Below are positions 23,558 to 35,886 of a DNA stretch of 64,000 nt, piece after piece. How positions within the stretch are numbered: the stretch's first letter is position 1; each line of letters opens with the position of its first letter. The position numbers and the translations under genes are program-made. The notes under the pieces are model-generated. The model made no database searches, had not been told where the DNA came from, and saw nothing but the letters and a program-made list of their open reading frames with translations. The stretch comes from the human T2T-CHM13v2.0 reference genome, Homo sapiens. The DNA is taken from contig CP068257.2 of assembly GCA_009914755.4 (NCBI GenBank), forward strand, positions 6,592,001 through 6,656,000, given 5' to 3'.

Positions 23558-25185
23558 TTTTTTTTTAGTTATACTTTAAGTTCTGGGGTACTTGTGCAGA
23601 ACATGCAGGTTTGTTACATAGGTATACACATGCCATGGTGGCTTGCTGCATCCATCAACCCATGATCTACATTAGTTATTTCTCCTAATGCCATCCCTCT
23701 CCTAGCCCCCCACCCTGACAGACCCTGGTGTGTGATGTTCCCCTTCCTGTGTCCATGTGTTCCCATTGTTCAACTCCCAGTTATGAGTGAGAACATGTGG
23801 TGTTTGGTTTTCTGTTCTTCTGTTAGTTAGCTGAAAATGATGGTTTCCAGCTTCATTCATGTCCCAGCAAATGACGTGAATTCATCCCTTTTTATGGCTG
23901 CATGGTATTTCGTGGTGTATATATGCCACATTTTCTTTATCCAGTCTATCATTGGTGGGCATTTGGGTTGGTTTCAAGTCGTTGCTGTTGTGAACAGTGC
24001 CGCAATAAACAGACAGGTGCATGTGTCTTTATATTAGAATGATTTATAATTTTGGGGGTATATACCCAGTAATGGGATTGCTGGGTCAAATGATATTTCT
24101 GATTGTACATCCTTGAGGAATTGTCACACTGTCTTCCACAACGGTTGAAGTAATTTATATTCCCACCAACTGTGTAAAAGCTTTCCTATTTCTCCACATC
24201 CTCTCTAGCATCTGTTCTTTCCTGATTTTTTAACGATGACCATTCTAAGTGGTGTGAGATTGTATCTCATTGTGGTTTTGATTTCCATTTCTCTAATGAC
24301 CAGTGATGACGCGCTTTGCTTCACATGTTCGTTGGCTGTATAAATGTCTTCTTTGGTAAGTGTCTGTTCGTACCCTTTGCTCCCTTTTTGATGTTTTTTT
24401 TTTTTTTCTTGTAAATTTGTTCTTTGTAGATTCTGCATATTAGCCCTTTGTCAGATGGATAGATTGCAACAATGTTCTCCCATTCTGTGGTTTGCCTGTT
24501 CACTCTGATAATAGTTTCTTTTGCGCTGTAGATACTCTTAAGTTTAGTTAGATCCCATTTGTAAATTTTGGTTTTTGTAGCCATTGCTTTTGGTGTTCTA
24601 GTGATGAAGACTCTGCCCATGGCTATGTCCTGAATGGTATTGCCTAACACAAGGACATTTCTGTGCCTGAGTGCTATACCACCCAAAGTAATTTATAGAC
24701 TCATTGCTGTCCCCATCAAGCTACCATTACTTTCTTCACAGAATTAGAAAAACTACTTTAAATTTCATATGGAACCAAAAAAGTGCCCACATAGCCAAGA
24801 AAATCCTAAGCAAAAACAGCAAAGCTAGAGGCATCACAGTACCTGACTTCAAATTATTCTACAAGGCTACAGTAACCAAAACAGCATGGGGCTGGTACCA
24901 AATCAGATCTATAGACCAATGGAACAGAACAGAGGCCTCAGAAATGACACCACACATCTAAAAGCATCTGATCTTTGACAAACCTGACAAAAACAAGCAA
25001 TGGGAAAGGATACCCTATTTAATAAATAGTGTTGGGAAAACTGGCTAGCCAAATGCAGAAAACTGAAACTGGGCCACACTCATACACCTTAAACAAAAAT
25101 TAAGTAAGATGGATGAAAGAGTTAGAAGTAAGACCTAAAACCATAAAAAATCTAGAAGAATACCTAGGCCACCAACCTCAGGGGA
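23558..25185 (-). mobile_element. Minus-strand L1PA/L1PB insertion with a 5' inversion (twin-priming structure): poly-T plus reverse complement of the L1 3' end (23558-24660), then forward ORF2 segment (24690-25185)
   Basis: 23567... agttatactttaagttctggggtac...ggtttgttacataggtatacacatgccatg is the reverse complement of the L1 3' terminus. 24690-25185 encodes the ORF2 region ...[78 protein letters not shown]. The two segments are adjacent in L1 coordinates. Confidence 0.7.
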
Positions 25186-27836
25186 AATGACCTGTAGTGA
25201 AATGCATGGTACAAACATGCATTCCCTGCTTCCTTGAGTGGGCAACGTTGATGGCTAGTCCAACCACTTCAGGCACACCCTTGCAAACACGGCTGGTTGC
25301 TTTTTGAGCCAGCTTGGCCTTGCCCGGCATACACAAGCCTCAATGCAACAACTGTGCTAAAAATGGAGCCACACAGAGGAAATGAGCAGCAAGCTCAGAA
25401 GCAGGGTGTGCACTGCCTTTGGGGCTCCAGTCCATGCCTCAGGGCTTGTATGGGACTGCAGGATTCTTGGTTGCCAAGAGGTAGACCATAGACCAGCCGA
25501 GGAGGACTTTATGTTCAAGGGCAGAAAGCAGCCAGGTTTACCACCCAGGGGACTCGGCCTTCTGTGGCCCCGGTCAGACTTAGAATTTGGCTCAAAGCAG
25601 GACCAGCTCACTCGGAGTAGTGTGTCAGTAGCTGGGGCCTGTACATGCTAGGCAAGGCTAAGCTGGCTCAAAGAGCAACCAGCTACCACTGCAAGGGTGC
25701 TTCTGGAGGAGGTGGAGCAGCCAGCAACCTCAGCTACACAAGGAAGCAGGGATGGCCAGGTTCTCACAGCATGAGTGGCCACCGCCTGATGGCTGATCAA
25801 GCAGAGGCCTGAGGAAAAGCAGATGGCAGTTGGGCCCTACCTCTAGGGTAGAAGAACTGATGTACTCTGACCGGTAGTGAGTGAGGTTGGTGGTGGGTCC
25901 ACCGGCTCCTGGCACACCCTTGCAGAGGAGGCTGTTTGCTCTTTAAGGCAGCTTGGCCTTGCCTGGCATGCACAGGCCCCAGGTACTGACACGCTGCTCC
26001 CAGTGAACTTGTTCTGCCTTGGACGAAATTCTAAGTGGCTTGGAGTTTGCCCAGCATGCACAAGCCTCAGTGTAATAACTGTGCAACAAACGGAGCCACA
26101 TAGACGAAACAAGCAGCAGGCTCAGAAGCAGGGTGTGCCCTGCCTTTGGGGCTCCAGTCAATGCCTCAGGGTTCCTATGGCACTGCGGATTTCTTGGTTG
26201 CCTAGCTGCAGACCACAGGCTGTCTTGAAGAGGACTTTATGTTCAAGTGCAGAAAGTAGTCAGGATTACCATCCAGGGGACTCTGCCTTCTGTGGTCCTC
26301 TCCAGACTTAGAATTTGGCCCAAGGCAGGACAAGCTGACTCGGAGAAGAGTGTCAGTACCTGGGGCCTATGCATGCCAGGCAAGGCCAAGCTGGCTCAGA
26401 GCAACCAACCACCTCTGCAAGGCTGTGCCTGTAGCAGGCAGACAAGCCAGCAACCTCACCCACTCAAGGAAGCCCGGATGGCGAGGTTCCAACAGCATGA
26501 GTAGCTGCCACCTGATGCCTGATGGAGCAGAGGCCTGAGGAAAAGCAGGTGGCATATTTAACTCTTTCATCAATCTTAAGTTAATTTTTGTATAAAGCAG
26601 ATGGCACTAGTCCATGCCTCATGGCTCATTATGGCACTGCGGGCCACAGAAGGGCAAGTACCCAGGGTGGTAATCTTGCCTGCTTTCTGCACTTGAACAT
26701 AAAGTGCTCCTCAAGATGGCCTGTGGTCTGCCTCTTGGCCCCACCTTTAGGGTAGAAGAACTGATGTACCACGTCTGGCAGTGAGTGAGATTGGCGGCTG
26801 GTCCATCTGCTCCTGGCACATCCTTGCAGAGGTGGCTGCTTGCTCTTTGAGCCAGCTTGGCCTTGCCTGGCATGCACAAGCCTCACTGCAACAAGTGTGC
26901 TACAAATGGAGCCATATAGAGGAAATGATCAGCAGGCTCAGGAATGGGGCGTGCACTGCCTTTGTGGCTCCAGTCCATGCCTCAGGGCTCGTATGGCACT
27001 GTAAGCTTCTTGGTCGCCAAGAGGCAGAACACAGGCTGTCTTGAGGAGGACTTTATGTTCAAGTGCAGAAAGCAGCCAAGATTAGCACCCAGGGGACTGG
27101 GCCTTCTGTGGCCCTGGTCAGACTTAGAATTTGACCCAAGGCAGGACAAGCTGACTCGGAGCAGAGTGTCAGTACCTGGGGCCTATGCATGCCAGGCAAA
27201 GCCAAGCTGGCTCAGAGCAACTAGCCACATCTGCAAGGCTGTGCCTGTAGTAGGCGGACAAGCCAGCAACCTCAGCTACTCAAGGAAGGAGGGATGGCCA
27301 GGTTCCCACAGCCTGAGTGGTTGCCGCCTGATGACTGACAGAGCAGAGGCCTGAGGAAAAGCATATGGCACTGGGGCCCTACCTCTAGGGTAGAATAACT
27401 GATGTAACCTGACCAGCAGTGAGTGAGGTTGGTGGCCGGTCCACCGGCTCCTGGCACAAACTTGCAGAGGTGGCTGATTGCTTTTTGAGCCAGCTTGGCC
27501 TTGCCCAGCATGCACAAGTCTGTGCAACAACTGTGACACAAATGGAGCCACACAGAGAAAATGAGCAGCAGGCTCAGGAGCAGGGTGTGTGCTTCCTCGG
27601 TGTCTCCAGTCCATGCCTGAGGATTCATATGGCACTGCGGGCTTCTTGGTTGCAAAGAGGTAGACCACAGGCCATCTTCAGGAGGTCTTTATGTGGAAGT
27701 GCAGAAAGCAGCCAGGATTACCACCCGTGGGACTCGGCCTGACAGAATTTGGTCCAAAGCAGGACAGGCTCACTCAGAGCAACATGTCGGTACCTGGAGC
27801 CTGTGCATGCTAGGCAAGGCCAAGCTGGCTCAAAGA
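25185..27836. repeat. Tandem array of a ~636-bp unit (about 4.2 copies) of unknown family, with one partly inverted unit (~26600-26740)
   Basis: ...ggctcctggcacacccttgcagagg.ggctg.ttgct.tttgagccagcttggccttgcc.ggcatgcacaagcctca... recurs at ~25264, 25900, 26810 and 27450. ORF-track peptides recur on both strands (LGLAWHAQA, STWGLCMPGKAKLAQ). Confidence 0.7.
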
Positions 27837-29014
27837 GCACCCAGAGCATCCATTCTGGTGGATGAGCCAACCACATGGCCAGCTTCTGGGTGTGGGCACA
27901 GTGCCACATCTTCCATCACTTTCTGATATATCCCACCACCACTGAAGAGACAGCCTGGAGAGAGTGCAAGAGGAAGGCTGAGAAGGATGAGATAGTGAGT
28001 GCTGGCTTCTTTCTGACCCTCAGCACACCCCCAGGTGGTGACCATCAACCTTTAGGGGTGGGAGAGCAAGACTGATGGCTTCAAATGGTTCCCCAAGAAG
28101 ATGGACACAGGCCACTCAGTTCAACCTCACAGCCAATGAGTTGACAAGCAAGCAGATGACAGTGACAGGCTTTTAGAAAGAGCATCAGAAGGTGGCCAGT
28201 TTTTCTTCAGCCTCAGCCAGGCCTTGGAACTTGACTAGGCCATCCACTTCACCAGAGATGCCTTCAAGAACATCAGTAAGCTCCTTGCCAGTCAGTCCAG
28301 GAAGGACCTGGACCCAGCCATGGACCTGTTAGTGCTGTCTCAGGGACACAAGACAAACATCCTGGACATCATCCACATACACAAGGAAGCTCTTACCAAA
28401 GTCACGGAGAACAGACAACATGTGGCAGAAGGGAAGACAGAGGTGCAGAGGCTGATGGCGTCATTATCACAGGAACAGGATTTCTTTGGCCACTTTGGCT
28501 GAAATTCACCACTTCCATCCAATTCACTCAAGTGAGAGACTTGAAATCACAGATGGAGCATTTCTTGCAACAAGAGATACTATTTTTTCAAAAAGTCACC
28601 TAAAATTTGATAGTGTTGAATGACTAGCTATTCGAGTGTGGACTTTTTCCTGTTCACGGGTACTTTCTACAGCAGAATGATAACAGTATCAAACAGCTGG
28701 TGCCAGCTATCGGTGGTAGTACAAGGATGACTTTGTGCTCAACTGAAACCCAGCTGAATATAGAATTGTGTAGGAAAGTGTTAATATGGTGATAGAATAG
28801 AAACAGTAACAAATGAACTAAATCATACTATGAATGCCTACACTACCATTATAACTTTTTGAAGAATGATAATACCACTTACTTTATTGCCTTTTGAAGT
28901 AGGAATATTTTAGTGGATATCCTATAGACCTGAAACCCTATAAAGAATCCCAAAGAAGCTGGCTGGATAAAGCCTGCTATGGATGTCTTTATACTCAAAG
29001 ACTGATGAGGCAAT
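27837..29014 (+). mobile_element. ERVL-MaLR internal region (3' portion); 28398-29014 is the paralogue of 1-616
   Basis: Continuous with the LTR at 29015-29379. ORF 28320..28502 shares a peptide with 112..360 (VTE.RQHVAEG.TEVQRLM.S.SQEQDFFG.FG). Confidence 0.55.
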
Positions 29015-29379
29015 TCGAATATGTATCCCCACCAAATCTCATGTTGAGTTATGCTTCCTAATGTTGGAGGTGGATCCTGGTATAAGGTGACTGAATCATG
29101 AAGGCAAATTTCTCATGAGTGGTTCAGCACCATCCCCTTGGTACTGTCCTCACAATCATGAGTGACTTCTCGTGAGATCTGGCCACTGAAAACTCTATAT
29201 CACTCTGTACTCTCCGTGATTTCCTCTTGCCATGTGAGACAATTCACTCTTTCATTACCTTGCACAATGATTGAAAGATTTCTGAGCCCCCCCAGAAGCA
29301 GAAGCACTAAGCTTCCTGTCCACTCTGCAGAACCATGAGCCAATTAAACCTCTTTTTCAAAATAAATCTTACCAAAAAT
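29015..29379 (+). mobile_element. MaLR LTR (THE1/MST-like), paralogue of 617-965
   Basis: ...gaatatgtatccccaccaaatctcatgttgagttatgc...catgagccaattaaacc... Confidence 0.7.
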
Positions 29380-29872
29380 GGCAAATGAGGACTGGAGCAT
29401 TGCTATAAAGATACCTGAAAATGTGGAAGCAACTTCGGAACTGGGTAATGGGTAGAGGTTGGAAGAGTTTGGAGGGCTCCAAAGAAGACAGACAGATGAG
29501 AACATTTTTGGATCATCTTAGAGACTGGTTAAATGGCTGTGACAAGAATGCTGACAAAAACATGGACAGTGAAGGCCAGGCTGAGGGGGCCTCAGATAAA
29601 AATAAGAAGCTTTCTGGAAAATGTCTCTCTTTTGGATATGGAAAGCTTACACAATGCCTGTACCATCATTGTACCTTAGACGCAGTGAACTTGCTTTTTA
29701 TTTCAGAGACTTGTAGGCAAAAGAGAATGTAGCCTTGACCCAGATGAGACTTTGCGCTTTGTAACTTTGAGTTAATGCTGAAATGAGTTAAGACTTTGGG
29801 AGACTGCTGGCAAGGCATGACTGTATCTTGCAATGTGAGAAGGACATGAGATTTGTGGGGTCAGGGACAGAA
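29380..29872 (+). mobile_element. MaLR-type internal tail fragment, paralogue of 966-1450
   Basis: About 90% identical by eye to 966-1450 (ORF 29421..29732 versus ORF 1083..1319). Confidence 0.55.
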
Positions 29873-30154
29873 TAATACGGTTTTTCTCTATGCCCCTTCC
29901 AAAACTCCTGTGAAAGTACACTCCCTAATGTTAGAGTCGGGGCCTAGGTGGAAAAAGCTTTAATCATAAAGGTGTGGGAGTGGATCCTTCACAAATGGCA
30001 AAGCACCAAGCCCTTAATGCCATCCTCCTGATAGTGAGTGAGTTCTCATGAGATCTAGTAGTTTAAAAGGCTGTGGAACCTCTTTCCTCTCTCTGTCTTG
30101 TTCCAACTTCTGCCATATGAAACATGTCATTGCCCCTTGGATTTCCGGTGTGGT
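29873..30154 (+). mobile_element. MaLR LTR truncated at the same point as the array-terminal LTR (junction to minisatellite)
   Basis: ...ccatatgaaacatgtcattgccccttggatttccggtgtgg|ttaggaggggcctgatcagtg. Confidence 0.65.
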
Positions 30155-31065
30155 TAGGAGGGGCCTGATCAGTGTGGGCCTGGTCAGTGGACCTAGGTCA
30201 GTGAGGACTATTTAGTGGGATCGTGGTCAACAGGGGTCTGCTTAGAGAGGGTCTCATTAGTGGGGTCTAGTAGTGGGGGTTTTGGTGAGTGGGGACCTAT
30301 TGGCTGCCAGTTGTTTGGTGTCTGGTCAGTGCAAACCTGGGCTGTGGGGCTTGATCAGTGGAGACCTGGTCAGCTGGGGCTTAGTGCTGACCTGGTCAGC
30401 ATGGGCTGGGGCACTGGTGACCAGGTCAAGGGGTGCTATTCAGTGGAGGACTGGGCACATGAGACTTAGTCAGCAGACCCTGGTGGGCGTGTCCTCATCA
30501 GTGAGGCCCTTGTCAGTGGGGCCCTGGTCAGGGCAGCCTTGTCGGTGGGACCTAATCTGTATTGTCCTGGTCAGAGAGGACTTGGTCAGTGGTGACTTTT
30601 GTAGCACCGGTCTACAGGGTGACCTGGTCAGCGGGGATCTCAGCATTTGGTGCCGGTTCAGTGAGGTCTACTCACTAGGGTCCCAGTCAGGGGCATCTGG
30701 TGACATAAGGCCTCGTTATTAGGGGCCTGATCAGTGGCAACCTGTTCCCTGGAGGCCTGGTCAGTGGGGCCTCATCTTTGGGGCCAGGGAATGAGGTCAT
30801 GATCAGTGGAACCTGATCAGTGAGGCCTTGTCAATAATGACCTAGTCAGTGAGGACTTGTCAGTAAGGACATAGTCCGTGAGGCCTTGTCAGTGAGTCCT
30901 TGTCAGTAAGGTCCTGGTCAGTGGAGTCCTTGTCATTGTGTGCCCGGCAGTGGGGGCCTTGTTAGTGGGGCCTGGTCATGAGGGTCTAATCAGTGAGGGT
31001 GTCATCAGGGAGGACCTGATGTGTGGGGTCTGGTCAGCAGGGACCTGGTCAATGTGGGCTGCTGA
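30155..31065. repeat. 15-bp minisatellite, paralogue of 15528-16310
   Basis: Same motif family and same flanks. Confidence 0.8.
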
Positions 31066-31224
31066 GCACTGCTTGGATAAGCCAGGTGCAATGTGCATTA
31101 TTGAAGGCCCTGTGGACAGCTGGGATAGCCCAGTGATGCCCAAGGGCCTAGTCAGAAGTGGACAAAGCACTTATTTGGATGGACCTGGGAGATCCTGCTC
31201 AGAGATTCTGACAGGACAAAGGTA

Positions 31225-31404
31225 AAGGAAGGGCCAGAGTGGCTGGAGAGATGGTCACAGTCTATGGGCTGCACAGGATGGAGGAGGCCAGGGAACAGGC
31301 AGGGTGGGCAGTTGGGGTTCAGGGAGAGGCAGGTGCATGCTGGGAGGTCAGACCCTGTGAGGGCTTTGGGGGCGTCAGGTTGGGTAGGCTCCAGGCACTC
31401 TTGC
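31225..31404 (+). repeat. Paralogue of the inverted-repeat left arm (16510-16690), truncated
   Basis: gtctatgggctgcacaggatggaggaggccagggaacaggcagggtgggcag... as at 16510. Confidence 0.7.
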
Positions 31405-32812
31405 TCACATAGGATTCCAGAACACTGCTACAAGGCTCTGAGTGTTTGTCCCTCACATAGGATTCCAGAACACTGCTGCCATTGTCTGAATGTTTGTCCC
31501 CGACATAGGATTCCAGAAGCCTGCTGCTGGGGTCTGAATGTTTGTCCCCCATCTAGGATTCCAGAACACTGCTGCGAGGGTCTGAATGTATGTCCCTCAC
31601 ATATGATTCTAGAATATTGATGCTAGGGTCTGTATGTTTGCCCCTAACATATGATTTCAAAACACTGCTCCTGGATTCTGAATGTTTGTCCTTCACATAG
31701 GAATACAGAACACTGCTGCTGGAGTCTGAATGTTTGTCACTCACATAGAATTCCAGAACACTGCTGCGAGGATCTGAATGTTTGACCCTCACATGGGATT
31801 CCAGAACACTGCTGCGAGGGTCTAAATGTCTGTCTCTCACATAGGTTCCCAGCACAATGTTACGAGGTTCTGAATGTTTGTCCCTAACATAGGATTTCAG
31901 AGCACTCCTGCTGTGCTCTGAATGCTTCTCCCTCACATAGGATTCCAGAACACTGCTATGAGGGTCTGAATGTTTATACCTCTTATAGGATTCCAGAACA
32001 CTCCTGCTGTGGTCTGAATGTTTGTCCCTCACATAGGATTCCAGAACATTCATGCTGGGGTCTCAATGTTTCCCTTAACATAGGATTTCAGAACACTGCT
32101 CTTGGGGTCTGAATGTTTGTCCCTCACATAGGATTACAGAACACTGCTGCTGGAGTCTGAATGTTTGTCAGTCACATAGAATTCCAGAACACTGCTACAA
32201 GGGTGTGAATATTTTTCCCTCACCTAGTATTCCAGAACACTGTTGCAAGGGTCTGCATGTTGGTCCATCATATAGGATTCCAGAACACTGCTGCTGTGGT
32301 CTGAATGTTTGTCCCTCACATAGAATTCCGGAACACTGCTACAAGGGTCTGAATGTTTGTCCTTCACATACCATTCCAGAACACTGCTGCCGTGGTCTGA
32401 ATGTATGTCCCTCACATAGGATTCCAGAACACTGCTACTAGGTTCTGAATGTTTTTCCCACACCTAGGATTCCAGAACACTTCTGCTGGTGTCTGAATGG
32501 TTGTCCCTCACATATGATTCCAGGACACTGCTATGAGAGTCTTAATGTTTGTCCTTCACATAGAATTCCAGAACACTGCTCCCGTGGTCTGAATGTTTGT
32601 CCCTCACATAGCATTCCAGAACACTGCTACAAGGGTTTGAAAGTTTGTCCCTCACATAGGATTCCACAACACTACTGCTGGGGTCTGAATGTTTGGCCCT
32701 CACATAGGATTCTAGAACACTCCAGCTGGCTTCTGAGTGTTTGTCCCTCACATAGGATTCCTGAACACTGCTGCTGTCGCTATAGTCGTTGTGAGTGTCT
32801 GAATGTTTGACC
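31405..32812. repeat. Minisatellite, 48-bp unit (consensus near cacataggattccagaacactgctgc.agggtctgaatgtttgtccct), ~29 copies
   Basis: Direct reading. ORFs on both strands show a 16-aa periodic peptide (HRIPEHCC.GLNVCPS and SVLESYVRDKHSDP..). Confidence 0.85.
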
Positions 32813-33119
32813 TTCAACAAACACCAAATATCCTGGCCCTTTAGTCTTGGACTTTCCAGCCTCCAGATCTGTGAACAATAATCTCTGTTGTTTATGAATT
32901 ACTCAGTCTGAAGTATTTTGTTATAGTAGCCTAAAGAGACTAAGAGAGCATCACCTGCCCTGTCACCTCATCACCGCATTACTGAAGCTATACTAACAGC
33001 AGTCACTTTACGTGGGTGCTTCATGCATGAGAATAAAGGGAAAAAATTGCAAGGCATACTAAAATCCAAAAAAAGAAAAAAATATAATTTGTGTCAAAAG
33101 AGCAAGCTTCAGAAGCAGA

Positions 33120-34870
33120 CAAAGATATGACTTTGGAATTTTTTTTAAACCTCTGGAGAATATGCTAAGGGCCTAATGAATGAAGTAGACAGTATTCAAG
33201 TGTAGATGGGTAATGTTATCAGAAAGACAAACATCGTAAGAACTTTCAACATAATGTAGTGATGAAAAACGTGGTAAATAACTGAAGAATACCTCTGATG
33301 GCTTATTAGTAGACTGGACTCAGCTCAGTAAAAATCTCTGAGCTTGAGGATTTATCATCAGAAACTTCAAAAACTAAAGAAAAGAAACACTGAAAAGAAC
33401 AGAAGATGATATTCAAGACTGTGGGACAACTACAAAAAGTGAAACAGAGTAATGAGAATACCAGGAGGAGAAGAAATAGAGGAAAGTTCTGTAACAACCA
33501 TGTCTGAGAACTTCCAGTATTAATGTCAGACACCAAACCAAAGATCCAGGAAGCTCCGAGAACACCAGGCAGAATAAATGCCAACAACCTACACTTGGAC
33601 ATATAATTTTCAAACTCTATGAAATAAAAGATAAAGGAAAACTCTGAAAGAAACCAGAGGTGGGGCAGAAAACACCTTACCTACAGAGACACAAAGATAA
33701 GAACTGCATTCAACATTGCAGAAACTGTGAAAGCAAGAAGACAGTGAAATGAAAAATTCAAAATGTTGACAGAAAAAAACCCACCAACCTAAGTTTCTGT
33801 ACCCACTGAAACCACCCTTCAAAAGTGAAGGAGAATTAAGGCCTTCCTCAGAAAAATAAAAATTCAAGAAACTTGTTGCCAGGAGACCTGTCTTGCAAGA
33901 AATGTTAAATGAAATTCTTTAGGGAAACAAAAGATATGTAACTGAAACCTGGATCAACATTTTTTTAAAAAGAGCATTAAAGAAAGAATTGTGGTACAAT
34001 AAAAACCTATGTATTTATTCTTAATTGATCTGACCAAGAAGTTCATAGACAATAACAAATACACACAGATAGATTATGTATGCTTATACACAATTGAAAT
34101 GAGTAACATTAATACAAGGAATGGAATGGAAGGATTGGAGGGAGGCATTGTGGTACAATAAAAACATGTATTTATTCATAATTGATCTGACCAATAAGTT
34201 TGTAGATAATAATAAATACACACAGATAGATTATGTATGCTTATACACAAGTGAAATAAGGAAAAATAATACAAGGAATGGAATGGAAGGATGGGAGGGA
34301 GGAATCAGGTGTTTTCTTTGTTAAGCAGGTAGTCACCCATGAAGTGGGATAGTGTTATCTGAAAGTGGACTTGAATTGGTTGTAAATGTATATTGAGGAA
34401 TTAGGTGTGTTCTTTGTTAAGCAGGTAGTCTTATTTGTGGGATAGTGGGATAGTGTTATTTGAAAGTGGACTTGAATTTGTTGTAAATGTTACTGAGGAA
34501 TTAGGTGTTTTGTTTGTTAAGCAGGTAGTCTTATTTGTGGGATAGTTGGATAGTGTTATTTGAAAGTGGACTTGCATTGGTTGTAAATGTATATTGCAAA
34601 TTCTGTGGCAACTAGTTAAAAAAGGTTTTAAAAAGAGAAGTACGTGCTAAGAAAGACAGGGAAAATGTAGTCATCTAAAATCATCAATGAAAACTGCAAA
34701 AGGGAGAAAAAGAGTGGTAGACAAAAGAATGGAGACTGAGGAGAATGAATAGAAAACAGTAACAAATATAGTAGATATTAATCCAATGATATCAATAATC
34801 ACTTTGAATGTTAATGGTATGAATGTACCAATTCAAAGGTAGAGATTGTCACAGTCTGTCAAAAGACAGA
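33120..34870 (+). mobile_element. Ancient L1 (L1M/L1P-type) fragment: ORF1 middle and C-terminus, inter-ORF, first ~180 bp of ORF2
   Basis: Translation matches the L1 ORF1 C-terminus (...ETMQARREWSEIFKVLKEKN.QPRILYPAKLSFKSEGEIK.F-like). The ORF2 start ...inpmisiitlnvngmnvpiqr matches the L1 endonuclease N-terminus. Confidence 0.55.
33991..34600. repeat. Local tandem duplications: ~158-bp unit x2 (33991-34305) then ~100-bp unit x3 (34301-34600)
   Basis: gtggtacaataaaaac.tatgtatttattc.taattgatctgaccaa.aagtt... is repeated. aggtgt.ttctttgttaagcaggtagtc...gaaagtggacttgaat.ggttgtaaatgt occurs three times. Confidence 0.75.
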
Positions 34871-35534
34871 CACATCTTGTTTCACTGCACTTTGCTTTAT
34901 TGTGTTTTGTGACCATGTGTTTTACATATTGAAGGTTTGTGGCCACCCTGCAATAAGCAGGTCTGACTGGCACCATTGTTCCTACAGCACGTGCTCACTT
35001 CACGTCTCTGTGTCACATTTCGGTCATTCTCACAGTATTTTAAGATTCTTATTATTGAATCTGTTGTGGTGATCTGTAATCAGTGATCTTTAATGCTACT
35101 GTTGTCATTGTTTTGGGAACCACAAATCACACCAGGATAAGACAGCAAACAATTGACATATGCGTTTGTTCTGACTGCCCAACCAACGGGCCATTTCTCT
35201 TTCTCTTTTTCTCAGGCTTCTTTTTATTAATATTAAAATGTGGCCAATTAATAACCCTACAATAGCCTCTATATGTTCATGAAAGAAGAGTTGCATGTCT
35301 GTCACTTTAAACCAAAAGGAAGAAATAATTAAGCTTAGTGAGGAAGGCATGCTGTAAGCAAGACAGGCCAGTAGCTAGACCTCATGCAACAAACACTTAG
35401 CCAAGTTGTGAATGCAAACGAAGTGTTCTGGAAAGAAATTTAAAGTACTGCTCCAGTGAACACATGAATGATAAAAAGCTAAACAATCTTGCTGCTGTTA
35501 TGAAGAAAGTTTAATTGGTCTAGATAGAAGATGA

Positions 35535-35886
<352 letters not shown>

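Noticed and set aside
25297-27926. Cluster of 60-140 aa ORFs on both strands (e.g. 25877..26311, 26944..27354, 27276..27668)
   Set aside because: All lie in the 636-bp tandem array. The same peptides recur in every unit and on both strands. This is a repeat artefact.
27837-28502. Coiled-coil-like peptide (…KEALTKVTENRQHVAEGKTEVQRLMASLSQEQDFFGHFG) looked like a fragment of a cellular gene or processed pseudogene
   Set aside because: It is continuous with, and immediately upstream of, a THE1-like LTR in both paralogues. That placement marks it as the decayed internal (gag-like) region of the MaLR element. I do not recognise a specific host gene.
31405-32812. CRISPR-array interpretation of the regular 48-bp repeats (and of the 15-bp and 36-bp arrays)
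   Set aside because: The units are directly abutting with no unique spacers. The periods and base composition are those of eukaryotic minisatellites, and the surrounding context is human repeats.
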